A stretch of 64,000 nucleotides of DNA from Candidatus Poribacteria bacterium (GTDB lineage: Bacteria > Poribacteria > WGA-4E > JAJDTR01): positions 384,001 through 448,000 of the forward strand of contig CBDCTK010000002.1 of assembly GCA_965222225.1 (NCBI GenBank), given 5' to 3'. The translations under genes were made by a program, and so were the position numbers. This document shows, piece after piece, positions 19,479 through 30,279 of the stretch. Every line of letters begins with the position of its first letter. The first letter of the stretch is position 1. Below the pieces are notes generated by a model, which was not told the origin of the DNA, searched no databases, and saw only the letters and a list, made by a program, of their open reading frames with translations.

Positions 19479-20812
19479 CACGACGACTCAGCCCCGCAGG
19501 TAGAAAAATGCTTTCACTCAACCGCCTTTTAATAGTACTTATATTTTCGCTAATGTCAATAGTGAACACCGGCTTGGCGCAGTGGATGCTTGTACCGATG
19601 GACCGAGTTCAAACCAATCACCTCAAAGCATACGGCTTGACCTACTGGACGCTCCAAACGCCACGAGAGTATAATACGAAGTGGCTGCTGAACTATCGCG
19701 GCGGTGCGTTTCTCCTTTCCGATTCGCCTGATGTGCGAGCTCAAGCACAGCGTATGGGAGTTAGTTTTGAACCCATCTCCAATCTTGAATACGGCGGTAT
19801 TCAAGCGGAGCTAGAGGGGAGCAACATGGACGAAATTCTTCTGGAGAAAGCGCCGAAGATCGCTGTCTATGCACCGCCTGATAATACGCCTTATCGCGAT
19901 CCCTGGGATGATGCGGTAAAACTTGCATTGGACTATGCGCAAATACCGTACGATAAAATCTGGGATGAGCAAGTTGCAGCAGGTGTTTTGTCGCTGGGCG
20001 AATATGACTGGCTCCACTTGCATCATGAGGATTTTACCGGGCAGCATGGAAAGTTTTACAGAACTTTCAAGAGCGCGGTTTGGTATCAACAACGTGTGCG
20101 TTTGTTCGAAGAAGCTGCCGCCAAAGCTGGATTTAATCGCGTGCCGACTCTCAAAGGATTCATCTCCCAGCGAATCCAAGATTATGTCGTTGGTGGGGGT
20201 TTTATTTTTGCAATGTGTTCTGCACCTGAAACACTAGATATCGCGTGCGCGACAAAGGCAGGGCGTGTCGACATTGTTGAACCGGAGTTGGATGGTACGC
20301 CGCTCGATCCGAATTACCAAGCACAGTTGGATTTTGAGCGAACCTTCGCATTCGAAAATTTCATGCTATACACGGATCCGAATCGATATGAGTTTTCCAA
20401 CATAGATAATCCACAGCCCGACTTCAACCCGTTATCGGGTGTTGAAGATTTCGTTCTATTTGAGTTCGCTGCCAAGCACGATCCGATACCTACAATGCTC
20501 ACGCAGAACCATGTGAGTAAGGTGCGTGGTTACCTAGGACAAACTACGTCCTTCAATAAAGCCACAATTCGGGATACGGTAACGGTTCTCGGTGACATTG
20601 AGGGCAGCCGATACGCGAAGTACATCCACGGAAAATTGGGAAAAGGTACCTTCACCTTTCTCGGTGGGCACGACCCGGAGGATTATAGACATTCCGTTGG
20701 CGAAGGCAAGATCCCGACCAACCTAGATCTTCACAAACATTCACCGGGGTATCGACTTATTCTTAACAACATACTCTTTCCCGCCGCAAGAAAGAAGCTG
20801 CAAAAGACATGA
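19475..20812 (+). CDS. Conserved secreted protein of the family often labelled 'asparagine synthetase B' in Bacteroidota; function unknown
   Basis: PMD..Q.NHLKAYG, WLLNYRGG, PWDDAV, DWLHLHHEDFTGQ.GKF, FAMCSA, GGHDPEDY, GYRLILNN.LFPAA.KK..KT. Confidence 0.75.
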   Translation: MTRRLSPAGRKMLSLNRLLIVLIFSLMSIVNTGLAQWMLVPMDRVQTNHLKAYGLTYWTLQTPREYNTKWLLNYRGGAFLLSDSPDVRAQAQRMGVSFEPISNLEYGGIQAELEGSNMDEILLEKAPKIAVYAPPDNTPYRDPWDDAVKLALDYAQIPYDKIWDEQVAAGVLSLGEYDWLHLHHEDFTGQHGKFYRTFKSAVWYQQRVRLFEEAAAKAGFNRVPTLKGFISQRIQDYVVGGGFIFAMCSAPETLDIACATKAGRVDIVEPELDGTPLDPNYQAQLDFERTFAFENFMLYTDPNRYEFSNIDNPQPDFNPLSGVEDFVLFEFAAKHDPIPTMLTQNHVSKVRGYLGQTTSFNKATIRDTVTVLGDIEGSRYAKYIHGKLGKGTFTFLGGHDPEDYRHSVGEGKIPTNLDLHKHSPGYRLILNNILFPAARKKLQKT

Positions 20813-20865
20813 GATATAAACTTAGCGACCACAAAAAGCGCTGATTTGCACTTCGTATTGGTGGT

Positions 20866-21105
20866 TATACCTTTTCGTTTGAATAGCATGAATAACAGTG
20901 CAAATGATGTTTTAATTATATCATTTTCTTTCTCCGTAGGCGGGGATCAAGCGAGCGCGATAGAAATCCCCTCAAGTGACCGAATAGGGAACGCGATAGC
21001 AATCCCCTTGCCCCGCCGACTTTATGCGGCGACAAGGCATCTTATTCCACTCCACACAAGTTTCTTTACTTGACCCACGCAATTAATGCACTTGAATTTG
21101 GGATA
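20866..21105. mobile_element. Degenerate MITE-like element type II (TATACC...GGGATA ends) containing a GTAGGCGGGG...CCCCGCCGAC REP-like unit at 20936-21020
   Basis: Shares the subterminal CTTGAnnnACGCnATTAATGCACT and the internal REP unit with 34762-34923. Confidence 0.6.
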
Positions 21106-21220
21106 AACGATATGAGTAGAGATCGGTTAGGAACCACGGGGCTCCATTTCGTATGGACAGGATTTTTTCTCGGCATTCCACCGTTTATTTTGTCGACATT
21201 GCATTCTTTACTGCTGCATT

Positions 21221-23323
21221 ATGAAACTTGCTACATTAGCAACCTGCAATCTTAATCAGTGGGCACTTGATTTTAGCGGTAATTTTGAGAGGATAATTGA
21301 ATCTATCCAAGTTGCCAAGAGCAGAGGTGCTCGATATCGGTTGGGTCCGGAACTCGAAATTCCGGGTTATGGTTGCGAGGATGCTTTTTTGGAAGATGAC
21401 ACGTTCCTCCATTCGTGGGAATGTCTTGGTGAGATTCTTAAAAGTGACTTGACAGATAATATCCTCTGCGACACCGGTATGCCCGTTATGCACAAGAATG
21501 TACGATATAATTGCAGAGTCATCGTGTTAAACGGGAAGATTCTCTTTATCCGCCCTAAGCTTGTGCTTGCGTCCGATCGCAACTATCGAGAACCACGATG
21601 GTTCGTTCCTTGGCAATTGCCCAGCAAGTTGGAAGAACACTACCTGCCAAGGATGATTCGGGAAATTACGGGGCAGGCTACTGTACCTTTTGGCGATGGC
21701 GCTATTGCCACTCGGGATACAGCACTCGCTCCCGAGACCTGCGAGGAACTTTTTGCACCCAATAGCCCGCATATTTATCTTGGTCTTGATGGAGTCGAGA
21801 TTATTGCGAACGGATCGGGCTCCCATCACGAACTAAGAAAACTAAATCAGCGGGTTGACCTGATACGGAATGGCACATCGAAAAACGGAGGTGTATATCT
21901 CTACTCCAATCAGAGGGGGTGCGATGGCGGACGCCTTTACTTCGACGGATGCGCGCTTATTGCGGTCAACGGCGAGGTTGTCGCACAAGGCCAGCAATTT
22001 TCGTTGCAAGATGTCGAAGTCGTTACTGCCACAGTGAACCTTGAGGATGTTCGGTCATACCGTGGTGCCATGGTAAGTCGTTCGGTTCAAGCCAGTCAAT
22101 CTCAGCCAATTCCGCGCATTGATGTAGATTTTGATTTGACCGTGGAGGAATATCAGATTGCGCCTTCTGTGCCAACAAAGGTCCGATACCATCTCCCGGA
22201 GGAGGAGATTGCGTGTGGCCCCAGTTGCTGGCTATGGGATTACCTCAGACGGTCTGGTGCGTGCGGTTATTTTCTGCCAATATCCGGCGGATCCGATAGT
22301 TCGTCCGTGGCAACCATGGTTGGCTCAATGTGTCAGATGGTGGTCAATGAGACGGCACAAGGAAATCAACAAGTTATTCGCGATGTTCGCCGATTAGTTG
22401 GAAAAGAAGATACCGATTACTTCCCGGTAGACGCGCGCGAGCTGGCAAACCGTGTCTTCTACACTTGCTATATGGGTACGGAAAATAGTTCCAAGGCGAC
22501 ACGAAGTCGGGCAAAGGTTTTGACGAATCAAATTGGCTCATTCCACTTGGACGCCAATATTGATTCGATAGTTACCGCCATGTTTGAACTCTTTGTGCGC
22601 TTGACCTCAAAAGCGCCTCGATTTAAAGTTGAGGGAGGGACAGATGCCGAAAACGCTGCTCTACAGAACATCCAAGCGCGTTTGCGCATGGTATTGTCCT
22701 ATTTCCTGGCACAACTTTTACCGTGGGTAAGAGGCAAACATGGAGGATTGCTAGTATTGGGAACTGCCAATGTGGATGAGAGTTTACGCGGCTATATGAC
22801 AAAGTACGATTGCAGTAGCGCAGATATCAACCCGATTGGCGCCATTAGTAAAACGGACCTACGCTCGTTTCTGCGATGGGCATCGGAAAATCTCGGATAT
22901 ACCTCCCTCACAGAAATCGTCGAAGCGCCCTCAACCGCCGAATTGGAACCGTTGACCGAAACACATGTGCAGGAAGATGAAGCGGACATGGGCATGACTT
23001 ATGCCGAACTTAGCCGATTTGGCAGATTACGGAAAGTTCATCGTTGTGGTCCTGTGAGTATGTTTGAAAAGCTTGTCCACGAGTGGACACATCTCGCCCC
23101 TAGCGAAGTTGCCGTAAAAGTTAAGAGATTCTTTCGGTATTACGCCATCAATCGTCACAAAATGACGACCCTAACGCCGTCTTATCACGCGGAGTCCTAT
23201 TCACCGGATGACAATCGGTTTGATCTTCGACAGTTTCTCTACAATGTAAGATGGACGTGGCAATTCCACAAAATGGATGAACTTGTGGAAAAAATGCACG
23301 AGAAAAACAGAACGCGAGTTTAA
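21221..23323 (+). CDS. nadE: Glutamine-dependent NAD+ synthetase, eukaryotic QNS1/NADSYN1 type
   Basis: Nitrilase domain (GPELEI, RPK, ETCEE) plus SGGSDS ATP motif, [34 protein letters not shown]. Confidence 0.95.
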   Translation: MKLATLATCNLNQWALDFSGNFERIIESIQVAKSRGARYRLGPELEIPGYGCEDAFLEDDTFLHSWECLGEILKSDLTDNILCDTGMPVMHKNVRYNCRVIVLNGKILFIRPKLVLASDRNYREPRWFVPWQLPSKLEEHYLPRMIREITGQATVPFGDGAIATRDTALAPETCEELFAPNSPHIYLGLDGVEIIANGSGSHHELRKLNQRVDLIRNGTSKNGGVYLYSNQRGCDGGRLYFDGCALIAVNGEVVAQGQQFSLQDVEVVTATVNLEDVRSYRGAMVSRSVQASQSQPIPRIDVDFDLTVEEYQIAPSVPTKVRYHLPEEEIACGPSCWLWDYLRRSGACGYFLPISGGSDSSSVATMVGSMCQMVVNETAQGNQQVIRDVRRLVGKEDTDYFPVDARELANRVFYTCYMGTENSSKATRSRAKVLTNQIGSFHLDANIDSIVTAMFELFVRLTSKAPRFKVEGGTDAENAALQNIQARLRMVLSYFLAQLLPWVRGKHGGLLVLGTANVDESLRGYMTKYDCSSADINPIGAISKTDLRSFLRWASENLGYTSLTEIVEAPSTAELEPLTETHVQEDEADMGMTYAELSRFGRLRKVHRCGPVSMFEKLVHEWTHLAPSEVAVKVKRFFRYYAINRHKMTTLTPSYHAESYSPDDNRFDLRQFLYNVRWTWQFHKMDELVEKMHEKNRTRV

Positions 23324-24971
23324 GATGAGTCTAGGTCTAGCAGACGTTCAAACATTCAAGCGTTCAGTCTCCCCTAAATCTACCAGCATATTAACTATAT
23401 TGCGATGCGCAACATGCAACTCGCACTACCCTCCACTTTTCACCTTTAACGCATGCCTTATTGTCTTCTCCTTCCTTGTAGTAAGTGCAGTCAATGCTAC
23501 GCCAGACGCGGTTTTCCATTTCGACGCATGGGTGAATTCTGCTCTAGAAAAACTAGAAACCGATGGTGTTACTGGCGGTTTTCACCGGCACACACGTCCC
23601 CACACACGTCGCCAGATTGCAGAAGTGATACGTCAAGCACGGCGCCGGCTTGCCAGTGGAAGGAGTAAACCATCCCCCATAACAATGGAACTTCTGGAAA
23701 AATTACAATGTGAGTTCGCTCCGGAGTTAGCCCTCCTATCAGGTCAAGACGATGGGGGTGGATTGCGCGCTCGCGGGACTATCCAGTTGCGGAGTAGACG
23801 AGATAGCTCGGAACTCGGTCCTGTGTATGAAGGGGCGATTATTTATGATGCGGGCGCGTGGATGACGCTCTATCAAGAATTTGAGGTTGCGAACTTGCCG
23901 GAGAAGTATCCAATTCATGGTAAGACTGCTTCGAAACGTCTAAAGTCTTGGCGCGGAGATTTTTCAGCTGACTTCAAGAGAGTTTATCTGCGTTTCCCGA
24001 TTTCCAAGTTCGAACTACTCATAGGCCGTGATCAACTCTTCTGGGGCACAGGATTTCGCGGAGCGGTTGGAATTTCCGATAACTCGCCTCCATTCGATCT
24101 TATTTTGCTGACCGGCAAATTCGGTAAAATTAGAGGAACGTCCTTCACGGCACAACTCGACCAGGTTTGGCATGACGAGGAGCCTCGTCGCTATCTCGCT
24201 AGTCGCTATCTGGCAGGGCACCGATTGGATTACCAAATCAACGACCGCGTTGAGGTCGGAGTCTCGGAGCTAATCTTGTACGGAGGAGAAACACAAGGGG
24301 TTGAATGGCAGTATTTCAATCCAATCCTGCCGTATTATGCCAGCCAATACAATGCTGATAAAGACGACAATGTAATGTTTCTTTTCGAGGGAGCAGTTCG
24401 TCCTGTTGATGGGTTACGTCTTTACGGAGAATTCCTCATGGATGATGTCCATTACGTTAAGGCGAATGATCCAAACGCTGTAGCATGGCTCACGGGGCTG
24501 GAATGGAACCGCACACTCGAATCACGCCGACTAGGGATTCGTACCGAATACGCTCGTGTAAATCGGTGGGCGTATACGCACCTCGTTCAAGAGAATCAGT
24601 TCACCCATTTTGGTTCGATTATTGGACATGAGATTGGAGTAGATGCCGATATTTCTTATCTCGAAGGAAATTATCTGATAAACGCTGATACCCGCGTAAA
24701 CCTGTTCTTTGAGTTGGAACGTCAAGGAGAAGCAGGAGTTGAGGACCGCTATGCCGGTGAAGATTTCCGATTAATCCCGTTTCCATCCGGTGTCGTTGAA
24801 CGCCGGCACAGTTTCGGGTTTCGGTTCGTGTACGAGCCACTCCGTGCTTGGCAATTAGATTTTTCATATCGACACGCTTATACTCTAAACGGGAATCATC
24901 AACGCGGAATCAGTCGGAACTCTAATCATCTTGAGTTCCAGTTCCGATATCTTTGGGAACGAGGTTTTTAA
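23277..24971 (+). CDS. Capsule assembly Wzi-family outer-membrane beta-barrel; true start probably downstream
   Basis: N-terminal helical bundle (RP.TR..IA), [33 protein letters not shown], terminal Phe. Confidence 0.75.
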   Translation: MNLWKKCTRKTEREFKMSLGLADVQTFKRSVSPKSTSILTILRCATCNSHYPPLFTFNACLIVFSFLVVSAVNATPDAVFHFDAWVNSALEKLETDGVTGGFHRHTRPHTRRQIAEVIRQARRRLASGRSKPSPITMELLEKLQCEFAPELALLSGQDDGGGLRARGTIQLRSRRDSSELGPVYEGAIIYDAGAWMTLYQEFEVANLPEKYPIHGKTASKRLKSWRGDFSADFKRVYLRFPISKFELLIGRDQLFWGTGFRGAVGISDNSPPFDLILLTGKFGKIRGTSFTAQLDQVWHDEEPRRYLASRYLAGHRLDYQINDRVEVGVSELILYGGETQGVEWQYFNPILPYYASQYNADKDDNVMFLFEGAVRPVDGLRLYGEFLMDDVHYVKANDPNAVAWLTGLEWNRTLESRRLGIRTEYARVNRWAYTHLVQENQFTHFGSIIGHEIGVDADISYLEGNYLINADTRVNLFFELERQGEAGVEDRYAGEDFRLIPFPSGVVERRHSFGFRFVYEPLRAWQLDFSYRHAYTLNGNHQRGISRNSNHLEFQFRYLWERGF

Positions 24972-25199
24972 CACATGCTGATACATACTGGGACACGAGC
25001 ACTCTAGACTATAGCAGCCCTGCCAGTTGAGTAATCAAAACAGGATTTTTTTGGCATAAATTGAGGACTCACACGTATTTGCCGGATACATGGAACATTG
25101 GAGTTGTGTTCGTAGTCAACGAGATACGGAGGTATCTGCGCTGAATTATGCATTTCCTATTATTTTGCAAGTCAGGTTGGTGAATGGCGAGAAAACGAG

Positions 25200-25228
25200 T
25201 TGGTATTTTCCCAACGATGGGTTATAAT
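25200..25228 (+). promoter_or_regulatory. Sigma70 promoter for the orf-purF-orf-purM unit
   Basis: TTGGTA-N17-TATAAT. Confidence 0.65.
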
Positions 25229-25235
25229 AGCTTTT

Positions 25236-25377
25236 AGACAATAGGGCGACAACCCTGAGCTCCTATGTGCATGACTGAGTTTTTCAAGTCGATAGCTAGG
25301 AGCGCATGATTGGCATCATGTCAAACGGGACTTCATTCATCAGAGTGTGTTCATTGTCGCACTGATATCTTATGTCT
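25236..25377 (+). ncRNA. Candidate structured 5' leader RNA; no known family recognised
   Basis: Nested helices GCGACAA/TTGTCGC, GCTCCTA/TAGGAGC, GCATGAT/ATCATGT, AGACA/TGTCT between promoter and RBS. Confidence 0.35.
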
Positions 25378-25402
25378 TTATACTTTGAACTCAAGAGGTG
25401 AT

Positions 25403-25954
25403 ATGTTTCGAAAAAACGAAATTCTTTTGACACTCAGCCAAATTGTCTTGGGGGCAGTTGTTGGTCTGGTTGGCGGTGGGCTCTGCCTTTTCATCTTTGA
25501 AAAGTTTTTCTTGGGAGTAATAATCTCGGATCGCGTGCAGCACGGGTTTTGGGTAGGATTATTCCTACTGATTTCTTTTGGTGTTACCTATGGTGCCACA
25601 GTTGTCGGAGTCGCTGAGAGCGTACGATTTGCAGGGTTAAAGTTTGGCGTTCATATTGGTCGTAGGGGAACGTACCAAGGCGCCTTCCTTGGAGCTCCGG
25701 CGATTGTCGCGCTTATGTCACTACTAAACATTCAGTGGGCGGAGTTAATTCCACAAAATCTGCTTATCTCACTTCTTTTGCCCGTTTTTCGGGCGCTCGC
25801 CTTTCTTATCTCTTTGCCGCTGCGTGTTCTACTATTGCTTAAATGTCCTCCCGAACTATTGTATATTCTCGCGGCGCCAGTCGGTGCGATTTTGGGATAC
25901 CGACTGAGCCGACGTGCGAACAGTAAAACTGTGCCTCTCGCTGGTGACCAGTAA
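25403..25954 (+). CDS. Hypothetical integral membrane protein
   Basis: GAGGTG RBS; about 5 hydrophobic Gly-rich segments. Confidence 0.7.
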   Translation: MFRKNEILLTLSQIVLGAVVGLVGGGLCLFIFEKFFLGVIISDRVQHGFWVGLFLLISFGVTYGATVVGVAESVRFAGLKFGVHIGRRGTYQGAFLGAPAIVALMSLLNIQWAELIPQNLLISLLLPVFRALAFLISLPLRVLLLLKCPPELLYILAAPVGAILGYRLSRRANSKTVPLAGDQ

Positions 25955-26029
25955 AAATTTCTTCCTAAGTGCTAGGAATACAAACTTTCGATTGGGTCCG
26001 ATTCGTCAACAGAATGGAGTAACCACAGC

Positions 26030-27463
26030 ATGCAATATCTTGATGGGAGCGATGACAAGCCAAGGGATGAGTGCGGTGTTTTCGGTGTTTTCGGGCATCC
26101 CAGAGCGGCCGAGTTAACCTATCTTGGATTACGTGCACTTCAACATCGGGGGCAAGAAAGCGCGGGAATCGCTGCATCAAGTAGAGAAGAGTTCCACCAC
26201 CATCTGGGGATGGGGCTCGTCGATCACGTTTTTGATCCGGAAACATTGTCCAAGCTAGAGGGGTATGTTGCAATTGGGCATAATCGTTATTCAACCGCGG
26301 GCAGTAGTAATCTCGAAAACGCCCAACCACTCATTCGGACGTACAAGGGCGGTCCATTGGCAATTGCTCACAACGGAAATCTTGTAAATGCGTCTCAGGT
26401 TCGGGATAATCTAGTGGATACCGGATCAATCTTCCATTCCTCCACGGATACCGAGGTGATTGCCCATTTAATAGCAAGGTCATCGCAGCAGCATTTGGAA
26501 GATCGCGTTGTTGACGCCTTAAAGCAAGTCCAAGGGGCGTACTCCATTCTCATTATGAGTAAGGCTATTCTAATTGCCGCTCGAGATCCCTATGCCTTTC
26601 GGCCGCTCTGGCTTGGACGACTGAATGACGCGCATGTAATTGCCTCCGAAACTTGCGCGTTTGATGTCATTGAAGCCGAAACCGTCCGCGAGATTGAACC
26701 GGGCGAGATAGTTACTATTACCGCGGCTAGGCGCGACCCGACGTCATTCAGATTTCACGATCGCTTGCCCAACCTGTCACAATGTATCTTCGAATACATT
26801 TATCTTGCTAGGCCCGATAGCCTTGTTTTTGGTGAGTTGGTTAATCGCCCAAGGCGTGAACTTGGACGGCAACTCGCACGGGAATGTCCCGCTGATGCCG
26901 ACGTGGTCATTTCTGTGCCGGATTCGGCGACGATCGCCGCTCTTGGTTACTCGGAAGAGTCGGGAATCCCTTTCGATATCGGGCTCTACCGAAACTCGTT
27001 CGTTGGGCGTTCATTCATGCATCCATCTCATCAGATGCGCGAACTCATGGTTAAGGTGAAGTTGAATCCGATTCGGAGTATACTCCAAGGTAAGCGCGTT
27101 GCGGTAATTGATGATTCCATCATGCGAGGGCCCACTTCTCGCCAACTCGTGAAACTCATACGTAAGGGCGGGGCGCTAGAGGTTCATGTCCGTATCGCAT
27201 CTCCTCCCAATCGGTTTCCGTGCTTTTACGGTGTTGACACACCAACTCGGAAGGAGCTAATTGCGAGCTCCCATACTGTTGAAGAGATACGCAAGTATAT
27301 TCGAGCGGATAGTCTAGGCTATCTCAGTACGGAGGGACTGCTAAAGGGTGTCAAGTCCGGCAAGGATTTCTGCACAGCCTGCTTTGATGGTAAGTATCCG
27401 GTCGAATTTAGCGGCGAACAGAGCAGCCAACTTTCCTTGGGTCTTCCGGAAGACGGGGGATAA
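26030..27463 (+). CDS. purF: Amidophosphoribosyltransferase
   Basis: Propeptide then ECGVFG, LQHRGQE, GHNRYST, HNGNL, VIDDSI.RG, C.ACF. Confidence 0.97.
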   Translation: MQYLDGSDDKPRDECGVFGVFGHPRAAELTYLGLRALQHRGQESAGIAASSREEFHHHLGMGLVDHVFDPETLSKLEGYVAIGHNRYSTAGSSNLENAQPLIRTYKGGPLAIAHNGNLVNASQVRDNLVDTGSIFHSSTDTEVIAHLIARSSQQHLEDRVVDALKQVQGAYSILIMSKAILIAARDPYAFRPLWLGRLNDAHVIASETCAFDVIEAETVREIEPGEIVTITAARRDPTSFRFHDRLPNLSQCIFEYIYLARPDSLVFGELVNRPRRELGRQLARECPADADVVISVPDSATIAALGYSEESGIPFDIGLYRNSFVGRSFMHPSHQMRELMVKVKLNPIRSILQGKRVAVIDDSIMRGPTSRQLVKLIRKGGALEVHVRIASPPNRFPCFYGVDTPTRKELIASSHTVEEIRKYIRADSLGYLSTEGLLKGVKSGKDFCTACFDGKYPVEFSGEQSSQLSLGLPEDGG

Positions 27464-27637
27464 TCGGAGTACAGACAAAATATAAGGTTTGGAGGTGCGT
27501 CGGCACACGGTTTAGTTATCGATAAATCAGGGAGACGTTTCATGCGTCGACGATTAAGGCGTAGCATTCAAAGTAACTATTTTATACCCAACTCGAAAAC
27601 CTTCAAGCAGGTGCATTCGGATCAAGGCAGATACACG

Positions 27638-27901
27638 ATGTATGCCTTGGTAATCTGCGCGATAATTGGCTTGGCAATGAGTAAACTGTTGCAACCGGTT
27701 ATTCGCATGCTCAATCCGACGATTGCCCGAAGTAGTGTGCCCGATGTAGCAAATGTGGTTGCCTTCGGGTTGAGCGCAATTGTATTGATTGTCCTGCTCT
27801 TGAATATGAAATCAATCATGAACGTGGTTGTGCCAGCAAACGAGAGACGTCGCTTAAAGGCTTTTAACAACCGAAGAAAATCGAATCAAGCCGATGACTG
27901 A
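27638..27901 (+). CDS. Small two-TM membrane protein overlapping purM start
   Basis: Two hydrophobic segments and a basic tail; 8-bp overlap with purM. Confidence 0.55.
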   Translation: MYALVICAIIGLAMSKLLQPVIRMLNPTIARSSVPDVANVVAFGLSAIVLIVLLLNMKSIMNVVVPANERRRLKAFNNRRKSNQADD

Positions 27902-28934
27902 ACAGGGATTGACTTATGCCAGCGCTGGCGTTTCATTTAGCGCCAAAGAAGAGACTACCGATCGCCTAAAGCGCATCCTTAAATCAACTTATCGCGCCGA
28001 AGTCTTGAGCGAGGTTGGGCATTTTGGAGGCCTTTTTGCACTCGGAAACTACGACGAACCTGTTTTGGTCTCAAGCACGGACAGCGTTGGTACGAAACTA
28101 AAGATTGCCTTCATGACCGGACGTCATGACACTGTTGGGTTTGACATTGTTGCCCATTGCGCGAATGATATCCTTGTTCAAGGGGCAGAACCGCTGTTTT
28201 TCTTGGACTATATCGGCACGAGCAAGCTGTATCCGGACGTTGTGGAACAAATTGTTTCCGGACTGGCGGTGGGATGCCGGCAAATCGGTTGCGCGTTTAT
28301 TGGCGGTGAAACGGCGGAGTTGCCAGAGTTCTACAGGGAGGGCGAGTATGACCTTGTGGGGACAATTGTTGGCGTGGTAGAACGGTCCAATGTGATTACT
28401 GGGGATGAAATACGCCCTGGAGATCAGTTAATTGGTCTCGGTTCACTGGGTTTGCACACAAACGGTTTTTCCCTCGCGCGCCGGATTTTGCTGGATATTT
28501 GCGACTACAATCCTACCGACTATATTGCTGAGTTCGGGATGACGCTCGGGGAGGAATTGCTCAAGAATCATAAGAGCTATGTCAGCGCTATTCTGAAACT
28601 GCGAGAACATTGCAACATTAAAGGCATGGCACACATCACGGGTGGCGGTTTGCCGGGAAACCTAGTTCGTATATTGCCGTCAAGTTGCTCAGCAATAATT
28701 CATAAAGGCACGTGGGAGATTCTGCCGATTTTTGGGTTCCTTCAGAACAAAGGGTGCGTCGAATCGGACGAAATGTACCGTGTTTTCAATATGGGAATCG
28801 GCTTGGTGCTGGCAGTTTCAAGAGATCAGGTGGACACGGCAGTTGATGTGTTGACAGCGTCCGGCGAATCGCCGTTCCGTATTGGCGAGATTCTCGATGG
28901 GAAGAGGCAAGTCCAATTAGTCGAAATGGGTTAA
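27894..28934 (+). CDS. purM: AIR synthetase
   Basis: TYASAGV, GHFGGLF, DSVGTK, GAEPLFFLDY, GGETAE, HITGGG, FNMGIG. Confidence 0.97.
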   Translation: MTEQGLTYASAGVSFSAKEETTDRLKRILKSTYRAEVLSEVGHFGGLFALGNYDEPVLVSSTDSVGTKLKIAFMTGRHDTVGFDIVAHCANDILVQGAEPLFFLDYIGTSKLYPDVVEQIVSGLAVGCRQIGCAFIGGETAELPEFYREGEYDLVGTIVGVVERSNVITGDEIRPGDQLIGLGSLGLHTNGFSLARRILLDICDYNPTDYIAEFGMTLGEELLKNHKSYVSAILKLREHCNIKGMAHITGGGLPGNLVRILPSSCSAIIHKGTWEILPIFGFLQNKGCVESDEMYRVFNMGIGLVLAVSRDQVDTAVDVLTASGESPFRIGEILDGKRQVQLVEMG

Positions 28935-28983
28935 ACTCGTCGTAATTACTGAGATAAGCACTGATACATCCATTATCCATACT

Positions 28984-29823
28984 CTATGTCCGCTGCGCAA
29001 TTGCCAATTTCAGCGTGTTCTCTAGCAACATGGCGCGTGTCATCGGGCCCACTCCCCCCGGAACGGGGGTAATATATCCGGCTACTTCTCTTACCGATTC
29101 ATAATCGACATCCCCGGCGGCGCGATTATTAACTCGGGAGATTCCCACATCAATCACAACCACACCCTCCGAGACCATTGGTGCGGTAACTAATCCTGGC
29201 TTGCCGGCTGCCACCACCAAAATTTCCGCATTTCGAGTCTCTTCCGCGAAGTTCCGAGTCCGAGTATGACAGTATGTGACGGTGGCATTGCGATTGAGCA
29301 ACATCAATCCCACCGGTTTACCGACAAGGCTGCTTCGTCCTAAGCAAACGGCGCGTTTCCCTTCAATTTCTACACCTGTTGACTCAATTAAGCGGATAAC
29401 CCCCGTGGGCGTGCACGGCGTCACTCGCTCGCGATTGATGAGTAGGTTGCCCAAGTTAATAGGACTGAGGCCGTCAGCATCTTTTTCTGGTGAAATTGTG
29501 TCAATCACTGCTTGCTCATCTACCCCGCTCGGTAACGGCATTTGCACAATGATGCCATGAACATCCTCTCGCTCGTTGAGGAACTGAACTTGGTCGATGA
29601 TTTCCGCTTGGGTCGTTTTCGTTGGCGTTTTATAAACTTCCGAGTGGAAATTAACCCGTCTGCAATCTTTCTCCTTATTGGTGACATAGATTGTGGATGC
29701 GGGGTTGTCTCCTACCTGAACTACGGCAAGCCCCGGAGTGAAATCCAATTCCTTCACTCGGCGTCGGATCTGACTGCGAATCGATTTGGCTATCTGGCTA
29801 CCATCAATAATCTCGGATGACAT
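28984..29823 (-). CDS. folD: Methylene-THF dehydrogenase/cyclohydrolase
   Basis: Y...K, GIIVQMPLP, PEKDADG, PCTP, GRSSLVGKP, ITPVPGGVGPMT. Confidence 0.97.
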   Translation of the reverse strand: MSSEIIDGSQIAKSIRSQIRRRVKELDFTPGLAVVQVGDNPASTIYVTNKEKDCRRVNFHSEVYKTPTKTTQAEIIDQVQFLNEREDVHGIIVQMPLPSGVDEQAVIDTISPEKDADGLSPINLGNLLINRERVTPCTPTGVIRLIESTGVEIEGKRAVCLGRSSLVGKPVGLMLLNRNATVTYCHTRTRNFAEETRNAEILVVAAGKPGLVTAPMVSEGVVVIDVGISRVNNRAAGDVDYESVREVAGYITPVPGGVGPMTRAMLLENTLKLAIAQRT

Positions 29824-30279
29824 CTGGTCGATACTCCCGTAATGAATTTAAATCGAGCCCTCAGACTTTTCGGGAAACGGTGATTGCCCCGTTCTCATTG
29901 ATCTATGATGACTTGGTGGTTTGTCGGGATAAAGATTTGTTCCGCATTAGAATACGCGGAGATTAATCCCTTGGTTAACATAGGCCTTCCATGAAAAGTA
30001 GGTTCGTATTTCTGATACTTGCACCTGTAACTCGTACAGTACGAATTATATCACATTCTCTCACGTCTTTTTGAGGTCTTTTTTCCCAATTCAAAGTTGG
30101 TATTGTTGTTTCTTTTATGTGGCGGTGTCCGTGCGGGGATTCGAATAAAGTTCGAAGATTCTTCACTATAATTCCGGCGAAAATATTCCATCTTGACATA
30201 TTAACTGAAATTTGGGATAATCGAATCTTGGTAGAGCATCGTCAGCATACGGAGAGATACGAAAGGAAGGGTAAGAATA

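Noticed and set aside
19475-20812. True asparagine synthetase B
   Set aside because: No N-terminal Cys Ntn domain or SGGLDS motif, and it has a signal peptide
30119-30160. tRNA-like fragment TGGCGG...GGGGATTCGAA on the minus strand
   Set aside because: T-stem cannot pair and spacing to the acceptor end is wrong; no cloverleaf
29824-30279. THF or ZTP riboswitch upstream of folD
   Set aside because: A few hairpins are present but no recognisable consensus of either class
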